64,000 nt of DNA from an uncultured Acidobacteriota bacterium (GTDB taxonomy: Bacteria; Acidobacteriota; Thermoanaerobaculia; Multivoradales; UBA5704). The notes under the pieces were generated by a model. The model was given only the letters and a program-made list of their open reading frames with translations, did not search any database and was not told the origin of the DNA. Location of the stretch: the NCBI GenBank assembly GCA_963761645.1, contig CAVXIG010000067.1, positions 118,760 to 182,759 on the forward strand, read 5' to 3'. Shown piece after piece: positions 54,647 to 62,559 of this stretch (position 1 is the first letter of the stretch; each line of letters opens with the position of its first letter). The position numbers were made by a program, and so were the translations under genes.

Positions 54647-55669
54647 CTACTGCCGTTGTGTCACCCGCGCTTCCCGCTCGGCCCGCGCGGCGTCCAGATC
54701 CAGGCGCTTGGCGGTCTCGAGGAGCTGCGGCCTTTCGAAGGAGGTCTCGCGCATCTGCCCCATGCGGTAGGCGCGGGTGGTGTAGGCGTTCTCCACCAGG
54801 TCGTTGAGGGCGTTCGGCATGCGGGTGGTGGTCGAGAGGGCCAGGGTACCCAGACGGTAGGGACCCGCGGCCTGGCGCTCGTGGAACATCAGCCCGTAGA
54901 AGGAGAGCTCGAGCCAGTGGCGGCCGGGCTCCAGGTTGGCCGCTGCCTGCGCGAAGCCGATCGGCTCCCCCGCCGGCGTGTAGAGCGTGCCGCCGAGATG
55001 GAAACGGCCGGTCTCGGCGACCTCGATCTCGGCGGAGATCACGAGATTGCCGTCGCGCAGGGTGTCGCGGTAGCGGCCGGTCAGGTGCGCGGACGGATCG
55101 CTGTAGAGGAAGCCGCCGGCGGCCTCGCGCAGGTCGCCGTTGGCGAGCCGCGCCCGCACGCGCACCATGTAGCTCGCCGCCGGAGCCGCCTCGATCCCGG
55201 TGGGCGTCCAGCGGGCCGAATAGATGCCGTCGCCCGCCTTGCGGTCGGCCCCCTGGCCGTCGTCCCGGTACGCAACCAGGGCGTTGATGCTGCCGGCGGC
55301 GTCCACGATCTCGCCGGTGACCTGAGCGGCGGCGACCGCTTTGCCGCGGCTCTCCAGCGTGGCGTAGAGATCCACCGGCTGCCCCTTCTCGAAGCTCACC
55401 TTGGCGGCCCAGACGGAGATCGCGGGCTCGGCGTCGTCCGGCCCGCGCCGCGTCTGCCGGGTCGGGATCCGTTTCGCCTGGATGGGATCCGCCTCCCCCT
55501 TCTTGAGGGCGCGGGAGCTCTCCGGGTAGCGCGCCTGCTCCCGGTACTCTTTCGCCGTCTCGCGGGCCAGTTGGCCGGCCTCCACCTGCGCCGCGGCGGG
55601 CCGGCCGCCGAGCGCCGGAGCCGCGAGCATCACCATCGCGATGGCAACCTTTTTCTTCGCGTCGATCAT
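54647..55669 (-). CDS. hypothetical membrane-anchored/secreted protein, operon partner of lipase-like hydrolase
   Basis: Intact 340-aa ORF MIDAKKKVAIAMVMLAAPALGG... Its ATG lies 10 nt after the stop of 55680..56690. No known domain recognised. Confidence 0.6.
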   Translation of the reverse strand: MIDAKKKVAIAMVMLAAPALGGRPAAAQVEAGQLARETAKEYREQARYPESSRALKKGEADPIQAKRIPTRQTRRGPDDAEPAISVWAAKVSFEKGQPVDLYATLESRGKAVAAAQVTGEIVDAAGSINALVAYRDDGQGADRKAGDGIYSARWTPTGIEAAPAASYMVRVRARLANGDLREAAGGFLYSDPSAHLTGRYRDTLRDGNLVISAEIEVAETGRFHLGGTLYTPAGEPIGFAQAAANLEPGRHWLELSFYGLMFHERQAAGPYRLGTLALSTTTRMPNALNDLVENAYTTRAYRMGQMRETSFERPQLLETAKRLDLDAARAEREARVTQRQ

Positions 55670-55679
55670 CTCGGGCCTC

Positions 55680-56690
55680 CTAGTAGAGAAGAGTGATGTA
55701 TTGAGCGGTGGTCATCGACGTCTGCACGGTGGTGTTGGGGGCGCAGGGGACGCCGCCGCAGGTCCAGTTGCCGCCCGGGATCGCCTTGCGGGTGTCGGAG
55801 TCGCTGGCGTCGCGCTCGTCGCTGTGGTTCTCGTGCGCCGCGTCGAGGTTGCGGAAGCCGCTCGCCTCCTGCTTGTTCGAGTTGTTGCAGACGTTGGTGT
55901 TGTCGTAGCTCGCCGTCGCGCTGCCGTTGCAGGCGAAGATCGAGGCGTACTGCACGACGCCGTCGTCCTCGCCGTTGAGGCAGGCGCTGGAGCCGAAGAT
56001 CGCCTCGTAGCCGCCGGTCAGGTAGATGGTCTTCGCCGGGGCGTTGGAGAAGGTGCGCACCTGGACGTCGTCGGAGCTGCGCAGCCAGTAGGTGGCGTCG
56101 TCGCAGCTCTGGATGAAGACGGCGATGAAGCTGCAGAGCGGGTTCGACTGCAGGCAGACGGCGTCCGCCCCCTGCGAGCCGCGATGGGCGCCGCCGGTGG
56201 TGACCGCCAGACTGAGGCGCTGCGCCACCTGGTCGTAGGGGCCGTTGGCGTTGAAGTTGGGATCGGAGGCGTCGTTGTTGCCGAGGATGTAGTCGATCAC
56301 CGTGCCGCCCATGCTGTGGGCGATCACCCAGAAGGTGCCCCCCTGCGCGTAGGTGAGGCGGCAGCGGTTGCCGCCGGCGTCGGCGCCGCCGTTGGTGGCG
56401 TTGACGATCTCGTTGGCCACCTCGCCGGCCGCCTGCGCGTCCCAGTAGGGACGGGTGCCGTTGTAGCCCACCACGTAGTAGGAGGTCGCGAGGTTCTTCG
56501 TCGCCGTGCGGATGAAGTCGTTCGATCCGTTCACCCAGTAATTCCGGGCGGAGGCGTAGCTGGTGAACGTGTTGGTGTTGGTCTGCTTGCCGTGAACGAA
56601 GATCAGGCAGGGCTGGGCTCCCGCCTCCGCGGCGACGGCGGCGAACGCCAGCGTCGCAAGGAGCGGGACGATCAGACGACGGAACCTCAT
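55680..56690 (-). CDS. secreted alpha/beta-hydrolase, lipase/esterase-like (AHSMGG nucleophile elbow, Cys-rich C-terminus) - copy 1
   Basis: Intact 336-aa ORF with signal peptide, IFVHGKQTNTN (oxyanion region) and VIAHSMGGTV (GxSxG, as in Bacillus LipA-type lipases). 12 Cys are in the C-terminal half. Confidence 0.75.
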   Translation of the reverse strand: MRFRRLIVPLLATLAFAAVAAEAGAQPCLIFVHGKQTNTNTFTSYASARNYWVNGSNDFIRTATKNLATSYYVVGYNGTRPYWDAQAAGEVANEIVNATNGGADAGGNRCRLTYAQGGTFWVIAHSMGGTVIDYILGNNDASDPNFNANGPYDQVAQRLSLAVTTGGAHRGSQGADAVCLQSNPLCSFIAVFIQSCDDATYWLRSSDDVQVRTFSNAPAKTIYLTGGYEAIFGSSACLNGEDDGVVQYASIFACNGSATASYDNTNVCNNSNKQEASGFRNLDAAHENHSDERDASDSDTRKAIPGGNWTCGGVPCAPNTTVQTSMTTAQYITLLY

Positions 56691-56776
56691 CGGGCGACCT
56701 CCTCCGTTGAAAAGTCCATGGTTGAGCCAGGGCTTAAAGAGAAGGGTGCGCGCGGGGAGGCGAAACGCGCCTGAAG

Positions 56777-57328
56777 TTATGAAGGTGAAGAAAGGTGCGG
56801 GAGGGGTGGTGTAGAGTTTTTTTTTTTTTTTTTTTTGTTATAAGAAAATGCGATCCCGGTGGGCGTCCAGCGGGCCGAGTAGATGCCGTCGCCCGCCTTG
56901 CGGTCGGCCCCCTGGCCGTCGTCCCGGTACGCAACCAGGGCGTTGATGCTGCCGGCGGCGTCCACGATCTCGCCGGTGACCTGAGCGGCGGCGACCGCTT
57001 TGCCGCGGCTCTCCAGCGTGGCGTAGAGATCCACCGGCTGCCCCTTCTCGAAGCTCACCTTGGCGGCCCAGACGGAGATCGCGGGCTCGGCGTCGTCCGG
57101 CCCGCGCCGCGTCTGCCGGGTCGGGATCCGTTTCGCCTGGATGGGATCCGCCTCCCCCTTCTTGAGGGCGCGGGAGCTCTCCGGGTAGCGCGCCTGCTCC
57201 CGGTACTCTTTCGCCGTCTCGCGGGCCAGTTGGCCGGCCTCCACCTGCGCCGCGGCGGGCCGGCCGCCGAGCGCCGGAGCCGCGAGCATCACCATCGCGA
57301 TGGCAACCTTTTTCTTCGCGTCGATCAT
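56777..57328 (-). pseudogene. truncated duplicate of 54647..55669 (N-terminal 165 aa) reading through into poly-A (…NKKKKKKN…)
   Basis: ORF 56777..57328 is identical to the partner-protein N-terminus up to ...ARWTPTGI. It then diverges into the junction and homopolymer and terminates. Confidence 0.6.
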
Positions 57329-57338
57329 CTCGGGCCTC

Positions 57339-58349
57339 CTAGTAGAGAAGAGTGATGTATTGAGCGGTGGTCATCGACGTCTGCACGGTGGTGTTGGGGG
57401 CGCAGGGGACGCCGCCGCAGGTCCAGTTGCCGCCCGGGATCGCCTTGCGGGTGTCGGAGTCGCTGGCGTCGCGCTCGTCGCTGTGGTTCTCGTGCGCCGC
57501 GTCGAGGTTGCGGAAGCCGCTCGCCTCCTGCTTGTTCGAGTTGTTGCAGACGTTGGTGTTGTCGTAGCTCGCCGTCGCGCTGCCGTTGCAGGCGAAGATC
57601 GAGGCGTACTGCACGACGCCGTCGTCCTCGCCGTTGAGGCAGGCGCTGGAGCCGAAGATCGCCTCGTAGCCGCCGGTCAGGTAGATGGTTTTCGCCGGGG
57701 CGTTGGAGAAGGTGCGCACCTGGACGTCGTCGGAGCTGCGCAGCCAGTAGGTGGCGTCGTCGCAGCTCTGGATGAAGACGGCGATGAAGCTGCAGAGCGG
57801 GTTCGACTGCAGGCAGACGGCGTCCGCCCCCTGCGAGCCGCGGTGGGCGCCGCCGGTGGTGACCGCCAGACTGAGGCGCTGCGCCACCTGGTCGTAGGGG
57901 CCGTTGGCGTTGAAGTTGGGATCGGAGGCGTCGTTGTTGCCGAGGATGTAGTCGATCACCGTGCCGCCCATGCTGTGGGCGATCACCCAGAAGGTGCCCC
58001 CTTGCGCGTAGGTGAGGCGGCAGCGGTTGCCGCCGGCGTCGGCGCCGCCGTTGGTGGCGTTGACGATCTCGTTGGCCACCTCGCCGGCCGCCTGCGCGTC
58101 CCAGTAGGGACGGGTGCCGTTGTAGCCCACCACGTAGTAGGAGGTCGCGAGGTTCTTCGTCGCCGTGCGGATGAAGTCGTTCGATCCGTTCACCCAGTAA
58201 TTCCGGGCGGAGGCGTAGCTGGTGAACGTGTTGGTGTTGGTCTGCTTGCCGTGAACGAAGATCAGGCAGGGCTGGGCTCCCGCCTCCGCGGCGATGGCGG
58301 CGAACGCCAGCGTCGCAAGGAGCGGGACGATCAGACGGCGGAACTTCAT
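57339..58349 (-). CDS. secreted lipase/esterase-like alpha/beta-hydrolase - copy 2
   Basis: 336-aa ORF with 99% identity to 55680..56690. It has its own upstream region, which is shared with copy 1 for ~80 nt. Confidence 0.75.
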   Translation of the reverse strand: MKFRRLIVPLLATLAFAAIAAEAGAQPCLIFVHGKQTNTNTFTSYASARNYWVNGSNDFIRTATKNLATSYYVVGYNGTRPYWDAQAAGEVANEIVNATNGGADAGGNRCRLTYAQGGTFWVIAHSMGGTVIDYILGNNDASDPNFNANGPYDQVAQRLSLAVTTGGAHRGSQGADAVCLQSNPLCSFIAVFIQSCDDATYWLRSSDDVQVRTFSNAPAKTIYLTGGYEAIFGSSACLNGEDDGVVQYASIFACNGSATASYDNTNVCNNSNKQEASGFRNLDAAHENHSDERDASDSDTRKAIPGGNWTCGGVPCAPNTTVQTSMTTAQYITLLY

Positions 58350-58441
58350 CGGGCGACCTCCTCCGGTGAAAAGTCCATGGTTTAGCCAGGGCTTACAAAG
58401 AGAAGGGTGCGCCGGGGGAGGCGAAACGCGCCTCCCCGAAG

Positions 58442-60367
58442 TTACTTGAACCGGCCGAAGAACAGGCCGCCGTGGAGGGCGGCGGCGTAGAGAATCCCGG
58501 GCTGGTTGCGAGCCGTGACCAGGAGCTTGGCCGCCCGTTTCGACCCTTCGAAGGGGCCGCCGATCGGCTTCAGGGTGGCGCCGCCGTCCCGGCTGCGCAG
58601 GACCCCCTGCTGGAAGGTGGCGATGTAGATCGTGTTCGGGTCGGTGGCGTCGACCGCCAGAGCCCCGTAGAAGTCCGGGTAGGGGGACCGCGCGTGGACG
58701 ACCTGCCAGCTCTCCCCGCTATCCCGGCTGCGCAGGATCTGGGTGGTCCGGTTGTCGACGATGTAGAGGGTGCGGAAATCGCTCGGCGCGACGGCGGCCA
58801 GGGAGGGGTCCCCCTTCAGCGTCTTCCAGGTGGCCCCGCCGTCGTTGCTCCTGGCGAGGAACTGGCCGAAGCTGCTCGTGCCGTTGGTCGCCAGCATCAG
58901 AGCGTAGAGATTGCGGGAGTTTCGCGGATCGACCCAGAGCTCGACCGTGCTGACGGCGTCGTCGTCATCGTCCGGCAGTTCGCACGGAATGACCCGCGTC
59001 CAGGTCCGGCCGTCGTTCGTGCTCCGGCTCAGGCCGCAGTCCCGGCCGGAGAGGAGGGTCCCGGGGGTGGGGACGGCGATCCGGTAGGTGGACGTGGCGT
59101 CGATCTGATCCCAGGCCTCCCCGCCGTCGCGGCTCTCCCACAGCCCAGCGCCGTTGGCCGCGTACAGACGGTCGGGATCGGCGGGATCGAAGGCGAGGTC
59201 GAACAGCCCGTCGCGGCCGAGCCCGCGGGCGAAAGGCTGCCAGGTGCGGCCGCCGTCGGTGCTGCGGAACGAACGGTCCCCGCGGGTGGCGAGGCCGACG
59301 TAGCTCGTGTCCGGCCGGCTCGGATGGATCTCGAACAGGGCGACCGGGCCGGCGCTCAAGCCCGGCTCGACGCCGATCCGCCAGCGCTCGCCGCCGTTGG
59401 CGCTCTTGGCGACCCCCCGCTCGTAGGTGCCGGCGTAGAGGACGCCCGGCCGGGAGGGGTCCGCGGCCAGCGAGAAGATCTCCAGGGTCTCGCCGAACGG
59501 GAGTGGCGGCAGGCCGCGGGCGAGCTGCCTCCAGGTGGCGCCGTCGTCCGTGCTCGCGAAGACCCCGTCCAACCCCGCCGCGTAGAGCTTCGACGGCGAG
59601 GTGGGATCGGCCAGGAAGGCTTCGTCGAGGGAAAGGCCGGCGGGGAGGCTCCCGGTCAGCCGCCAGTCGCGGGCGCCGTCGTCGCTGCGGAAGATTCCGT
59701 TCCCCGCTCTCATGTAGAGGATTCCACGGGCCAGGGAGAGATGGCCGTACAGGACCGGCTGGCCGCTCACCAAAGGACCCGTGAGGGACCAGTTCTTCCC
59801 AGAGTCGGTGCTCTTGTGGAGCCCCGATCCATCCGCGTAGTAGGCGGTCCCTGGCGAGCCCGGGTCCGCCACGATCGAGGTGATCGGGCCGTTGATGAAG
59901 GTCGCCGACCAGGTGCTCCCGCCGTCGGCGCTGCGCAGCAGCAGGGCGCCCGAGCCGGCCAGGAGGACGGACGGGTTTCCCGGGATCACGGCCAGCGACG
60001 TGACGTCGAGCGAGATCGCCGGCGGCGAGGTTACCTGCCAGGTTTTGCCGCCGTCCGTGCTGCGCGCGAGCTGGTCCCCTCCCACGTAGATCGCGGCGGG
60101 ATGAGAGGGATCGAGCGCCACGACCTCGAGGCGCCGGCCGAAGAGGCCCGTCCAGGTCTCGCCGCCGTCGGCGCTCCGGTAGAGGACGCCCGACGCCGCG
60201 TAGACCACCGAGGGATCGCGGGGATCGACCGCCAGGCCCTGCGGAGTGCCGCCCCCCGGGCCGAAAGGTGCCCAGCGGTTCCGCGGCGCCTGCGCGAAGG
60301 CCGCCGAGGCGAGAGCCAGAGAGATCAGGACGATCGATAAGGTCGCGGAAAGCTTCACTCGGTGCAT
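58442..60367 (-). CDS. secreted BNR/Asp-box repeat beta-propeller protein
   Basis: ATG 60367 gives an MHRVKLSATLSIVLISLALASAAFAQ signal peptide. There are more than 10 S-x-D-G-G-x-T-W (Asp-box) motifs, e.g. STDGGKTW, SADGGSTW, STDDGATW, STDGGRTW, SNDGGATW. Intact 641 aa. Confidence 0.8.
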   Translation of the reverse strand: MHRVKLSATLSIVLISLALASAAFAQAPRNRWAPFGPGGGTPQGLAVDPRDPSVVYAASGVLYRSADGGETWTGLFGRRLEVVALDPSHPAAIYVGGDQLARSTDGGKTWQVTSPPAISLDVTSLAVIPGNPSVLLAGSGALLLRSADGGSTWSATFINGPITSIVADPGSPGTAYYADGSGLHKSTDSGKNWSLTGPLVSGQPVLYGHLSLARGILYMRAGNGIFRSDDGARDWRLTGSLPAGLSLDEAFLADPTSPSKLYAAGLDGVFASTDDGATWRQLARGLPPLPFGETLEIFSLAADPSRPGVLYAGTYERGVAKSANGGERWRIGVEPGLSAGPVALFEIHPSRPDTSYVGLATRGDRSFRSTDGGRTWQPFARGLGRDGLFDLAFDPADPDRLYAANGAGLWESRDGGEAWDQIDATSTYRIAVPTPGTLLSGRDCGLSRSTNDGRTWTRVIPCELPDDDDDAVSTVELWVDPRNSRNLYALMLATNGTSSFGQFLARSNDGGATWKTLKGDPSLAAVAPSDFRTLYIVDNRTTQILRSRDSGESWQVVHARSPYPDFYGALAVDATDPNTIYIATFQQGVLRSRDGGATLKPIGGPFEGSKRAAKLLVTARNQPGILYAAALHGGLFFGRFK

Positions 60368-60548
60368 CGGAATCTCCTTACTCGAATCTTCCTTCGAACA
60401 ATCCACCCGTCGGCCGGGGCAGGCCGGCTTCGCTCCGTTTCCAGGTCTGGCCGCCGTCCGTCTTCCATGACCTACTATGCGCGCATGGTGAGGGAAAACC
60501 GGCAAGGCGAAACTTTTCGTGCCGCTGTATCATCCCACCCGCCGCCCC

Positions 60549-61647
60549 GATGAGCACTCCTCTCCCAACCAGCGTCGAGATCCAGGACGTCACCAAGCGG
60601 TTCGGCGGCGTGACCGCCGTCGACGGCGTGTCGCTCGCCATCGCCCGCGGCGAGTTCTTCGCCCTGCTGGGGCCGAGCGGCTGCGGCAAGACGACGCTGC
60701 TGCGGATGATCGCCGGCTTCGAGACGCCGAGCGCCGGGACGATCCGCATCCAGGATCAGGACGTGACGCGGATCCCCCCGCACCGGCGGCCGGTCAACAT
60801 GGTCTTCCAGCAGTACGCCCTGTTTCCTCACCTGACGGTCGAGGAGAACGTCGGCTTCGGCCTGCGCTATCGAGCGAAACGGGAGGCGCACGGAGCCAGG
60901 ATCGGCGAGGCGCTGGCGCTGGTGCGGCTGACCGGCCTGGAGAAGCGGCGGCCGGACCAGTTGAGCGGCGGCCAGCGGCAGCGGGTGGCGCTCGCCCGCG
61001 CCCTGGTGCTGAAGCCCGAGGTGCTGCTGCTCGACGAGCCGCTGGCGGCGCTCGATCCCAACCTGCGCCGCGAGGTGCAGGTGGAGCTCAAGGCGCTCCA
61101 GCGCGAGCTCGGGATCACCTTCGCCTTCGTCACCCACGACCGCGAGGAGGCGCTGGCGATGAGCGACCGCATCGCGGTGATGAACCAGGGGAAAGTCGAG
61201 CAGGTGGGGAGCCCCGCCGGGGTTTTCGAAGCCCCCGAGACCGAATTCGTGGCCCGCTTCCTCGGCGCCACCAACCTCTTCACCGCCGAGGTGCGGCGGA
61301 TGGAGGGCGGCGTCCTCCTCCTCCAGCTTCCGGACGGCACCGAGCTCGCGGTGTCCGCGGCGGGACCGCCGCGGCTGCGGCGCGAGCCGGTGCGTTTCGT
61401 GGTGCGGCCGGAGAAGCTCGTCCTGCGCGCCGTCCCCGCTCCCCCCGAGGTCTCGCTGGCGGTGACGGTCGAGGACCGCGTCTACCACGGCGCCAGCACC
61501 GAATGGATCGTCCGCGACCGCCGCGGCGAGCGCTTCACCGTCCTCTCCCAGAACGCCGGGCCGGCGGGAGAGGCGCTGCCGTTCTCGCCGGGCAGCCCGG
61601 CCTTCCTGGGCTGGGACCCGCGGCACAGCGTGGTGCTGCGGGAGTAG
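60549..61647 (+). CDS. ABC transporter ATP-binding protein (PotA/CysA-like importer ATPase with C-terminal TOBE-like domain), orphan
   Basis: Intact ORF MSTPLPTSVEIQDVTKRFGGVTAVDGVSLAIARGEFFALLGPSGCGKTTLLRMIAGF...[15 protein letters not shown]...LLLDEPLAALD...FVTHDREEA. There is no adjacent permease or binding-protein gene in the window. Confidence 0.85.
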
Positions 61648-61667
61648 GACGAAAAGAGGGAGGAGGG

Positions 61668-61690
61668 GCGGCAGACCCGCCCCTCGGAGT
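61668..61690. terminator. GC hairpin between convergent ABC-ATPase gene and small peptide gene
   Basis: gaggaggggcgg-cagac-ccgcccctcgg lies 20 nt after stop 61647 (+) and 9 nt after stop 61699 (-). Confidence 0.45.
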
Positions 61691-61698
61691 TCGAGCCC

Positions 61699-61878
61699 TT
61701 ATGCCTGAACCGGGCAACCTCTGGTGCAGGCGTCCGAATGTACGGGGTGGTACACCGTATCGTCGATCGGGACCGTGTACTGGTTGTAGGAGATGATGTC
61801 ACCGCCGGTCACATGGCGCAGATCCGACAGGGTTTCCTTCCGCAACGTCAACTTCTTGGCGTTTCCCAATTTCTTCAA
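61699..61878 (-). CDS. candidate RiPP/bacteriocin-type precursor peptide with Lys-rich KETL leader ending in a double-glycine (GG) site
   Basis: Not in the ORF track (59 codons, TTG start). Minus strand reads GAAGGAGG-tcagcc-TTG AAG AAA..., translating to MKKLGNAKKLTLRKETLSDLRHVTGG|DIISYNQYTVPIDDTVYHPVHSDACTRGCPVQA* with stop TAA at 61699-61701. Strong SD at 6-nt spacing. The leader resembles K-K-L-x-L-x-KETL-x-x-L...GG leaders of rSAM/PCAT-processed peptides. The core has CxxxC. Bounded by a hairpin terminator. Confidence 0.45.
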   Translation of the reverse strand: MKKLGNAKKLTLRKETLSDLRHVTGGDIISYNQYTVPIDDTVYHPVHSDACTRGCPVQA

Positions 61879-62028
61879 GGCTGACCTCCTTCTTTGCTTC
61901 TTCGCGCCACAGGCGCGGAGATATTTCAGCGTCTCGACCGCCGAAATGGAGCCCGAGACGCTCTCAAGGCGTGCTGACGCGAAGATTGGCGGGATCCCGG
62001 GGCAGAGGTTCCCCGATCAGGGAGAGGG

Positions 62029-62154
62029 GGTCTCCCCAGTGGGTACAGGGGTCTCCCCGGCGGGTACGGGCGTCCCCCCGATGGGGATAGGGGTCTCCCC
62101 GGTGGGTACGGGCGTCCCCCCGGCCGGTACAGGCGTCCCCCCGGCCGGCGTCGA
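62029..62154. repeat. 6 x 21-bp tandem repeat (consensus GSGTCYCCCCRGYGGGTACRG)
   Basis: Units: gggtctccccagtgggtacag / gggtctccccggcgggtacgg / gcgtccccccgatggggatag / gggtctccccggtgggtacgg / gcgtccccccggccggtacag / gcgtccccccggccggcgtcg. There are no spacers, so it is not a CRISPR. It lies 150-280 bp upstream of the peptide gene. Confidence 0.7.
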
Positions 62155-62451
62155 CAGAGCTCCGCGGCAGTTTCAACAGAGCTCCGCGGCTGGCAACGGA
62201 TCGAACGCTGCGGAGAAGCGCGGCGACGTTGCGGAGAAGCGCGGAAGCCCCGGCGAGCTTCAAAATAACTCGGGCGGAGAAGCAATCAAGTCCGGCGAAC
62301 AGCGAAATCGCCTCTCCGTCTTGCGGTAAAACGTCCTGAACCACCCCCGGAACGCGGACGGAACCGGGAAAAATCGCCGGCGGGGAGACCGGCAACCCGG
62401 GGTAGGGACCCGCCAAAACCGCGGCGGCAATCTCCGCAGGAGACCGCAATC

Positions 62452-62479
62452 TTGACGGAATTGCATCGAGGCTTATACT
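62452..62479 (+). promoter_or_regulatory. sigma70-like promoter (TTGACG-16-TATACT) for TPR gene
   Basis: cTTGACGgaattgcatcgaggctTATACTg, ~80 nt upstream of ATG 62560. Confidence 0.45.
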
Positions 62480-62559
62480 GACCGCCATCCTGCTAATCTA
62501 AAGGCGATCGGAGTTGCGCGGCGCCGCAGTGCGCGCCGGCCCTCCAGGAGGGGGTTGGA

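Larger units (their letters stand above)
55192..58431. repeat. tandem direct duplication (2 x ~1.58 kb) separated by 76-nt filler containing T20 (A20 on gene strand)
   Basis: 55192-56772 and 56849-58431 are near-identical. The lipase ORFs differ by 2 aa (R2K, V19I). The partner-gene 5' half (165 codons) is identical. The junction 56773-56848 is ggtgaagaaaggtgcgggaggggtggtgtagag-T20-gttataagaaaatgcga; the T-run is 56817-56836. Confidence 0.8.

Noticed and set aside
56817-56836. T20 run as an intrinsic terminator U-tract
   Set aside because: No preceding GC hairpin on either strand. On the gene strand it is A20 placed between two sense-oriented gene copies. More consistent with a junction artefact or poly(A)-templated insertion.
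55192-58431. Diversity-generating retroelement (TR/VR pair) explanation for the duplicated lipase genes
   Set aside because: The copies are ~99% identical, with only two scattered substitutions and no adenine-specific hypervariability. No RT gene nearby.
62029-62154. Possible CRISPR array (regular 21-bp repeats)
   Set aside because: Repeats are directly abutting with no spacers and vary at several positions. No cas genes in the window. It is a simple tandem repeat.
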